Assembly (NCBI GenBank): GCA_951406725.2
Contig: OX597824.1
Location: 53,258,001 to 53,322,000, forward strand
DNA from: Octopus vulgaris
Lineage: Eukaryota
DNA: 64,000 nucleotides
Direction of reading: 5' to 3'
The notes under the pieces are model-generated. The model saw only the letters and a list, made by a program, of their open reading frames with translations, was not told the DNA's origin and made no database searches. Made by a program: the position numbers and the translations under genes. Below, piece after piece: positions 55,625 to 64,000 of the stretch. Numbering within the stretch: position 1 is the first letter of the stretch; every line of letters begins with the position of its first letter.

Positions 55625-58323
55625 ATGTTTCTTTATTAGCCACACAGGGTTGAACACAGAAAGGACAAATTACAAAGTAGAGTTTTCTTTTGGGGGAGAA
55701 AAAAAGGAAAAGAAAAAGAAAGAGAAAAAAGAAAAAGGGGGGGTAGGTTTTCGATCAAAATGGATCGTAAAAAGAGAGAAAAAAACGATCAATAGGAACC
55801 GTGTATAACAGAAATGTCATGATGTAAAGTGTAAAAGGAGAAGCAGATAAGGTTTATCCGTGGAAAGAAAAGCCTACGGAAAAGACCACGGTAACGTCGG
55901 TCAATAATGTCACATGTTAATACATTTATTTGCAAGTAAGTAACTCTGTTTTAGATTTTTCCGGGTTCATAGGATTATGCTCAAGGTGGCTTCGTCATTC
56001 ATACGTGCCATCCTTGCTACATTCACCCATCTTTTTTTGAAACATTCGCTAGACAAAACTACTCTCACTTTCCTTTTCAAGTGATACTTGCAGAAGTTGA
56101 CGAGAGATCGACTAGAGAAGAAAGTGTTTGTCTCTAATACTTTCAGACGTGTCAACCAGATACATTCTTTCACTATAGCCACAAGTATGATGAAAATAGC
56201 TCTTCCTTCCTGTTTGAAGGAAGGTGTGACGATATTGACGATAGACTCGGCTGATAAACCGACTCGTCCCACACGTGACAGCAGTCATTCGACACAAGCC
56301 CACAGGTCGGAAATGATTGGACACTGCACGAGTGTGTGCAGAACGGTTTTGTCGCTCTGACCGCATCTCGGGCAGGTCGGCCCCATGTTTCTCGAGCGTG
56401 TCTGTAGAGCTTATCCCGAACGGGTAGCGCTTCTCTGTAGCACTGTCAAGCCAGGGATCTCTGGACGTTGTCCATAGGTCCCGGCCCGAAAGTCGTCTTG
56501 AACAGGCGGGTCAAGTATTCCTCGTCGACGCCCAGGTTCGCCCTGAGATCGTCGTCATACCTCACCTCCACTAACCCCCTATAGAATGCTTTGGTTGTGT
56601 TGAAGTCGCTCAAGGTCAGCCCGGGATGGCATAGTTGCTTGAGAGCAACACGACACTCGCGATGCCATTTGCCCTTCCTCGGCCTCACTTTGATCCACGA
56701 CTGCAGTTCGGTCATGGAGACGAACTGCGGGAAAGCGTGCCTCACAAACGGCGACCCCATCTGTTCACCGTCGTCTACGTAAAGCCGGAGATGTCGCAGT
56801 CTCAGCGCGTGTCTGCGCATCATCAAGCTCGGCATGCCCAGTCCTCCTTTTAACGGGTGTTGACAGCAAATGGATCGCCTGACCATCGGGACGCATCCTT
56901 TCCACAAGAAGCGGAAGAGAATGCATTCTAGTTTGGTGATGGTAGGGTCGGGACAAGGCACAACGGTCAGGCGGTTGTAGATGATGGACGCGATGTACGT
57001 GTTCGCCACCTCCGCCCGACCTTTTAGGGACAGTTTCCTCTCGGCCCATTGCCGGGCGAGAGTGACCACCCTACTCGTTATCTCGTTCCAGTCCTTCTCC
57101 ATTTGGAGGTCTGGACCAAACCAGACCCCGAGCAACTCGACTGCACCGTCGGTCCAGCGTCCCACGACGGAGGCGCTGGTGGATTGCATGGGTTTGCTTC
57201 TCCATGTGCCGAGCCGCAAGCCCACTGACTTTTCCCGGTTGATTTTCGCTCCTGTCACCACTTCGTAGTCTTTCAGTGTCTCGCCGACCAGCTCGATCTG
57301 CTCGTGGCTAGACACTATGACGGTGACGTCGTCCGCGTATGCAGACGCGCTCGTCCTGCATCCCAATTCTCGCGGGATGTCCCTCAGAGTCGCCAGCTTC
57401 CGCAGTAATGGCTCGAGAGTCAATACGTATAGAAGCGACGAGAGGGGGCATCATTGACGGACCTCGCACATTTTACTTGGCTCGAGTAATTCGCGCCCTT
57501 GTTCATCTACCAGAGACCGAATGGTGACTTTGTTGCCCTGTTGCGCTTCTGCCACCCGAGCCTCTCGCGCGGCTCCAACACCTTCGTTCCTTAGAGCACG
57601 CATCCTAGCTCTGACAACACACCCTTCGTGTTTGGCGTTGAAGTGTTGGTCGAGGGCCAACCTCGCCGCCAAAACGTTGGATGCGATTCCGCTTCTAAAT
57701 GCCTCTTTTAGCCTCTTAACTAGCTCACTCTCTACTCTGTTTCTATCTATGGCTAGTGCTTTGCTATACCTAATCGCTTCTGCTTTTATTGCTCTCTTGA
57801 GGGCAAACCACCATTTGTTGTTGATGATGGCTCCTGTCAAAGCCCTCTTTACTAGTGTGCTAATCCGGTCTCTGAAAACTTGTCTCGATGGGAAAGACAC
57901 GTTTAGTTTCCAGTACCCGGGACCCTGCCTATGTGTCTTACCTAAGTCTAGCGTACATGTCACAAGTTGGTGATCTGTGTAGCTGACCATGTGGAATTGT
58001 GGACATCCTATGCTATCTCTATCTACTGTCCTGCACAGTATCCTATCTAGATGCGATCTCGACGACCCGATGCGGTTGCTCAATGTCCACGTTGGCGCAT
58101 TCGGGTGGTTGAGTCCGTACCTGTCAGACAGTTGAAAGCGTCTGAGCAGGTCTCTGAGGCATTTGCATCCCCGTCTATTCCTATCTCTGCCCACGTAGTC
58201 CATATGTGTGTCCAAGATAGCATTCCAATTCCCCACTAAAAGTAAAGGACGAGACGTTCCTAGGAATACTTCTAAACGTCGAAAGAAATCCGCCCGACCT
58301 GTTAAAGAGCCATCAGTGCCCAC
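55625..58323 (-). mobile_element. Tx1/L1-clade LINE, 5'-truncated, with a large internal RT deletion
   Basis: APE motifs LLLVGNWNAIL, SHLDRI, TDHQLV and GPGYWKLN; RT motifs VRQ*CPLS and AYADDVTV; KGGLGMP; CPRC..H...C knuckle; AATAAA at 55637-55632. Confidence 0.92.
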
Positions 58324-59860
58324 ATAAAGTCAGGAGGATTTGACAATTGAGTTATATGTCTGTGATACAGGCACAACCACCGATTTCTTGATTTGTTGTT
58401 AAACTCATGTCACTCCTGATATACAATGAAAGACGTCCCAGACGTATCAGCTTATTATTTTCCAGTGTCTTACTGCTTTTTGTTTTGAGACAGTAGATTA
58501 TGATTTGAAGTTGACTTATTTGGTGTTTCCTGTAAGTTGAGTGACCATGTATTTTCACTCTAAATGCCTCGGTTATGAATCCTCCCATCAACCTGACGGT
58601 TATATATAGTGTACCTGTGTAACTGAGGATGTAAGTAAATACTAGTCTCTCTCCTGCGGTTACATGTTAGACTTTAGTTTTCGTTAATACAGTCCAAAGT
58701 CAAATCCCACAGAACCTTCTTTGTCATTCCTCATTTGGCGATCATTAAAACAGGCACCAGCTATGGATTAGTTAAACTACGGAATGCTTATACGGTATTA
58801 TGCTTATATTACAAGCAATTATCAAAGTTAATAAAAATAGTAAGCTGATAAATCGTTAGAGAAACGGAAAATAGTGTTTTGCAATACTCATTTTGGCTCT
58901 TAACGTTTTGAGTTCAAATCAATTATGCATTTCATCTCTCGGAAATCAATAAAGTAATGTACCAATCAAGTTCTTGGGGCAATGTTACCGACAAATCGCC
59001 TATCCTCAGAACGGTTGATCTTGTACCTAAATTAGAAACAATTAAATGCTGATAGGAAGCTCTAATCAGAGGTGGGACAACAACAGAACATGTATCGTGA
59101 GAAAATATAAACAATAAGACAAGGTATGTTGTGGAGAAAGAATCACAGAAAAGGTGTGAGAAAGAAGATATAATTGCTGAGAACTTAATCGCACAGCTAA
59201 GGAGTAGTGACTAAGTCGATAGCTAGTATGACAGATCTAAAATTTAATCAAAATATCTGAATTGAAATAACTGTTATTTCATATTTCCATATTTGGATTT
59301 TGAATTACTCCGCTTATAAGGAAGTGGCGTTTCAGTAAACCACAGAGTAAGGAAAGTTTTTTTTTTTTTTTACATCCGCACAAGCAAACTGAGAACATAA
59401 ACCATTTTCAAGTCCTCCTTGCATAGTTGCAAGAAAGGTGGAATTTATTTCCAAACCCAAGACCTGGGATCCTGTGTATAAAACAGAGTAGATTATGCAA
59501 AATGCACTCAAAACCTACGTGGGGAATTTAAGCCGGGCAACGGATTAACTCTGCAGTATAGAGATCATGTTGACGGATCGAAGTAATGATGATGAAAACG
59601 ATTTCGATATCCTGTGTGGAAGATAATGCGGATGATGACTACACAGACGATCTTGTAGCTTGTTCAGGTTGCGTTCATGGCGCTTGAAGTGTTTGTTCTG
59701 GTGATTATTATAAGTAAAAGTGTTATTTCCGCGCAAAGGTTTGGCAATACAGGATATATAGTTCTGCACCCAGAGTTCATCCTGGTTAAAAATGTATTCG
59801 TGCAGCTTTATTCAAAGTGTTACCACTATTAAAGTTTGAAGCGAACTGGAGTATATAGGT

Positions 59861-59891
<31 letters not shown>

Positions 59892-59967
59892 TTATTTATT
59901 TATATATATATATTTATTTATATATATATTTATATATATATATATTTATTTATTTATTTATATATAT

Positions 59968-60148
<181 letters not shown>

Positions 60149-60377
60149 GGAAGTATAAATCCAAACTTACAGGGAAAAATTCAATTTTGTATTAAATCAA
60201 ATTTCACAATATAAATATTTAATATATATAAATTAGAGAAAAACCACTATTAAGTAATTCAAACAATGATTGATATAAACCATATCATGTAGAAAAAAAT
60301 AAAATATATTATAAAGCATATAACTAGATCTCAAAATGTATCCCAAAAATTAATAAACAATATATGATAAGTAAAAA

Positions 60378-60468
60378 GACTACGTACATTTCGTGGCTAC
60401 TTCAATTCGAATTACAATTAAATTTAAATTTAATCGAAAAACAATTCAATTTAAAAGTATAGTCATTC

Positions 60469-60472
<4 letters not shown>
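60378..60472 (-). ncRNA. Hammerhead truncated at its 5' core by (TA)n
   Basis: (TA)n-TGAGGA-ATGACTA...TAGCCAC-GAA-ATGTACGT-A-GTC on the minus strand. Confidence 0.6.
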
Positions 60473-60565
<93 letters not shown>

Positions 60566-63275
60566 TGTTTGTGTAAGTGTATGTATGAATGTATATATGT
60601 ATTATATGAAAGTACAGATTGGCAATAAAGAACGAGATGAAGTATTCATCCTAATATCAAATTTAACATCCAGTGATAGCAATATTCCTTTGTGGTGTAA
60701 ACAGACGTCAATTTCCTGTAATTCTGTCAACAAGCCGCATATATTTTCACTTAATTTATAATAGTTTTTAATACATTAAATTAAGATAAATATTTGACAT
60801 CATTGGTGATATTACAGCTAAGCTAGCACATAAATAATTTAGAGACAGCATAGATCATAGTGTTGCACACAAGGGAGACAAATGATACTACCGTTTATAT
60901 ATCGCTTACGCTCAGAGTTTCTTAATGAAACATATTTTTAATCATAGACGCAGTAAAATATATTTCTGGTATAAAGCGGCATTGTGTGGACACATTAACT
61001 ACCCGTGATAGAATTTCTACAGATATTTGTTTTATCTGTAAATTGTTTAGAAACAGAAACGAATTATACTTCTTCCCCAGTTATTCTCTTGTTATTTGTC
61101 AAAAGAACGGAATTGTAGATAAAGTATATTTTCTCACCCCACTTCTCTCTCCTCCTCCTCCTCTCTCTCTCTCTTTCTCTCTCTCTCATCTTCAATCTTT
61201 CCCTTTCCGCTTAGTTGTCTAGACCGAGGTCAGATTCTGAGCAATAAACCCTACGATCAAAGGTGTTCTCATACATTTATCCTAACCTTCCACTTATCTA
61301 ACTAGCTAGCTATCAAATCCTACATATACATCTTATTGATTCAGCGATACATACATACATACATACATACATACATACATACATACATACATACATACAT
61401 ACATACATACATACATACATACTTACATACATACATACATACAAATAGTCATTTCGATATTCGGACGTATACATTTAACGCTTTATTCAAGTAACCTATT
61501 AAAGTAGTCATTTTATAGACAAGTTCAGCTACAATATCTAAGTAAGTTTATACAGGTAACGAAACATTACATATGCAGTAACAAACAAATATGAACAAAA
61601 TGTGGGTTAATATGTATAGAAATATTTCTATATAAATACCTAAGCAGTACATATAGTGTAACATGTGTACTTGAACAAATATGTAAAACAATACTCTCGA
61701 CTCGTTGCACAGTAGCTAAGCATGTAAGCTGGAATATATTGCATAATTAGAACAAAATAAAATTCAATGTTAAAGAAACGTAATCTCCAATTAATAACTT
61801 TTGATTTGATCAAAGATATTTTTTTTAATCATAATCATATACGTAAATATAATTTAACAGTAATATACAAAACCATCATGGCTAAAAGTATAAATCCAAT
61901 CCGACCTATGACCAATGGTACAAAGTAGCGATGCCACCGAATATTCTGAGCCTGGGCATCTTGGTTATGTGCAAATACTGAAATATATATGGCATATCAA
62001 ACACCCAGGCCTAGACTTAAACTCAAAACACCTTAATGAACATATTAATCAGATTACAAGAATAAAATGGATTCAAACAAATCGAGTCATCCGAATCAGG
62101 AATGGTGCACGATTTTACTGTAAAACAAAATTCAATTAACGATATACGTTACATTAACAAAAACATCAATACACCAGCTACCCAGAGTCCGGCAGCAGTT
62201 ATCCTGAAGCTAATAATAGACGATAAGAGATGTGTTTTCCCTTAATTATCGGGAAATCATCTTCAATCCAAAGCTGCTTGGGCAAATATATCAATACCAA
62301 AATTTATTGAACACACTACAAGTAATTAAGTATGATATGTCGCAATATGTATAAAACTTTGACGTAAGAGACAAACAATTCAAAACACATATAGGGGGAA
62401 AGAAGCGTTCCCAACTTGATGCAGATAATAAAATGACAATAAATTACCTTAAAGAGACATGATCAAGGAGCATAAAATCAATCAAGAAGTCAGTAAATTT
62501 CCAACTATCAGCAATCACATTTTTGAATACATTCCAGTCATAAAATCAAAATACAGGCAAGTAGAAAAATAAAATGTCATTTCTGCAACAAAATATTTCA
62601 TAGACTATCGTAATTAGGAAATATAAGGAGTCAACAGCATACCAGTATGACCGCAGCTCTCAGTCGGAAACTGGTAAATTGTAAAACAGTAAACTTCAGA
62701 AGCATTTAATGCTGAAATTAGAAATTTGGAAATACAAAATTTGAAACTTCTAACTTCATCAGTTGAAATATGACTTTACAACTCCAGCTAAAAAACTAAG
62801 GTATTAATCTTCATAGTATCAAAAAAAATGCGTAGACTATTTGCCAAAGTTCATAAAATAATCTTCAACATAAACAAAACAATCTTGGTAGATGTCAGGT
62901 GTTTAACGCAAGGCTACCAGTTAGACCACGTCGTCGGTGAAACGTTAACCTTCATATCCTAAAAAAGAATAGGCAAAACATTTTGGAGGCGAGCAGGATT
63001 TGAAATGTTTTTTTGTCTTTTAGACAAAGGCAAATAAAAGACAGAATCATGATCATAAAAACTTATGGAAACAGCTTGTGTTTTAATTACTTTGATTTTT
63101 TTCCTTATAGAAGAATATACCATAATCTTCCATATAGCACAATCAATGGGAACCATATAATTCGTTTTTTTTTTTTTTTTTGGTGGGGGGGAGATGTAAT
63201 GCTGTCAAGTAGTGGTCAAATGTTGTGGTCCCTGTAATTAAAACTGAGTTTGGATAGCAATCTGTTAAGAATGAC

Positions 63276-63990
63276 CTAAAAATGAATTTGATTTAGTTTA
63301 ACTTTGAAAAATGCCTTTTCATGTAAATAGGTTGTGACAAATGTTGAAATCCACTCCAAGCAAAGAATATAAAGAAGTACATCCTTCATGTAAGAGGAAT
63401 CTAAATAAAAATTAATCATGTTTTCTCTTATGTACGTGTCTTTTAATGTGTCATTTGATTGCGGGTCAATAATTTCCAGTTGTAGATCTAACGGAAGTTC
63501 TTTGATAATATAATCAAATGGATTTTGAATAATTTTTAATGTTTCTGAAAAAAAACACTGTTGAAACTGTATCTTAAGATTAATGAAGAAAGTGAATTTA
63601 AAAGGAAATGGAGAGTTTGCTTCTTGGTTGTATTTTCCACAGCAAAGAAAGTGGTTCAAGCTATTAGTAACTGCGACTGAAAAAAGAAAGAGGCTAATTT
63701 ATGTAGAAACTTTTCTCGGCAGATATCTAGTCATATAACCTAAGGCTAAACTCGTTAAAATGCATCATTAAGTCAGCGATTTTTCTCGTTAAAAGTGCCA
63801 AACATTTGTGAAATAACAGCAAGGCTATCGTCAACAGCGTGGTACGGCAAAATCGTTTTATCAAGTTTCTGTTTTTACCCGATTAGATAAATTTCACCAA
63901 TGATACGACCGGTTCTTGTAAAATTTTGTTCTTCACGATATGTCACCATTCAAGGAAACGTCTTCCTGCTTCACAGATTTCGGCTGTGAC
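63276..63990 (-). pseudogene. Decayed hAT (Charlie/SPIN-like) transposase C-terminus
   Basis: QNPF...LPLDLQLEIIDPQSNDTLK...STFVTTYLHEKAFFKVK resembles the hAT dimerisation motif F.STYLCE..FS.MK. Confidence 0.7.
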
Positions 63991-64000
63991 ACACTTTAAA

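Overview
This is AT-rich, microsatellite-dense animal genomic DNA, most likely Octopus or another cephalopod, judging from the CORE- and Nin-type tRNA SINEs, TTAGGG tracts and overall repeat landscape. No host exon could be supported, so the window is probably intronic or intergenic, and most of the listed ORFs are microsatellite artefacts. It is a nested repeat graveyard. It holds four copies of a Neptune-type Penelope-like element (RT + GIY-YIG) and other PLE relics, Dong/R4-type restriction-endonuclease LINE ends in (TAA)n and (TACA)n, and a Tx1/L1 element. It also holds RTE tails, mariner and hAT relics, non-autonomous Helitrons, a Merlin-like MITE and SINEs. The signal the ORF track misses is at the RNA level: about 16 complete or near-complete type I hammerhead ribozyme (HHR) motifs plus several half motifs, from many unrelated families, many of them next to (TA)n. 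The strongest candidate system is a non-coding 491-bp tandem HHR unit (retrozyme-like, 30292-31565), folded back into a palindrome whose axis lies inside the ribozyme stem II. Non-canonical cores (U3-A8, CUGUNGA) also recur. Next to it lies a palindromic dimer of a telomere-repeat-bearing MITE with its own 8-bp target-site duplication (TSD). All folds and alignments were done by eye; none were computed.
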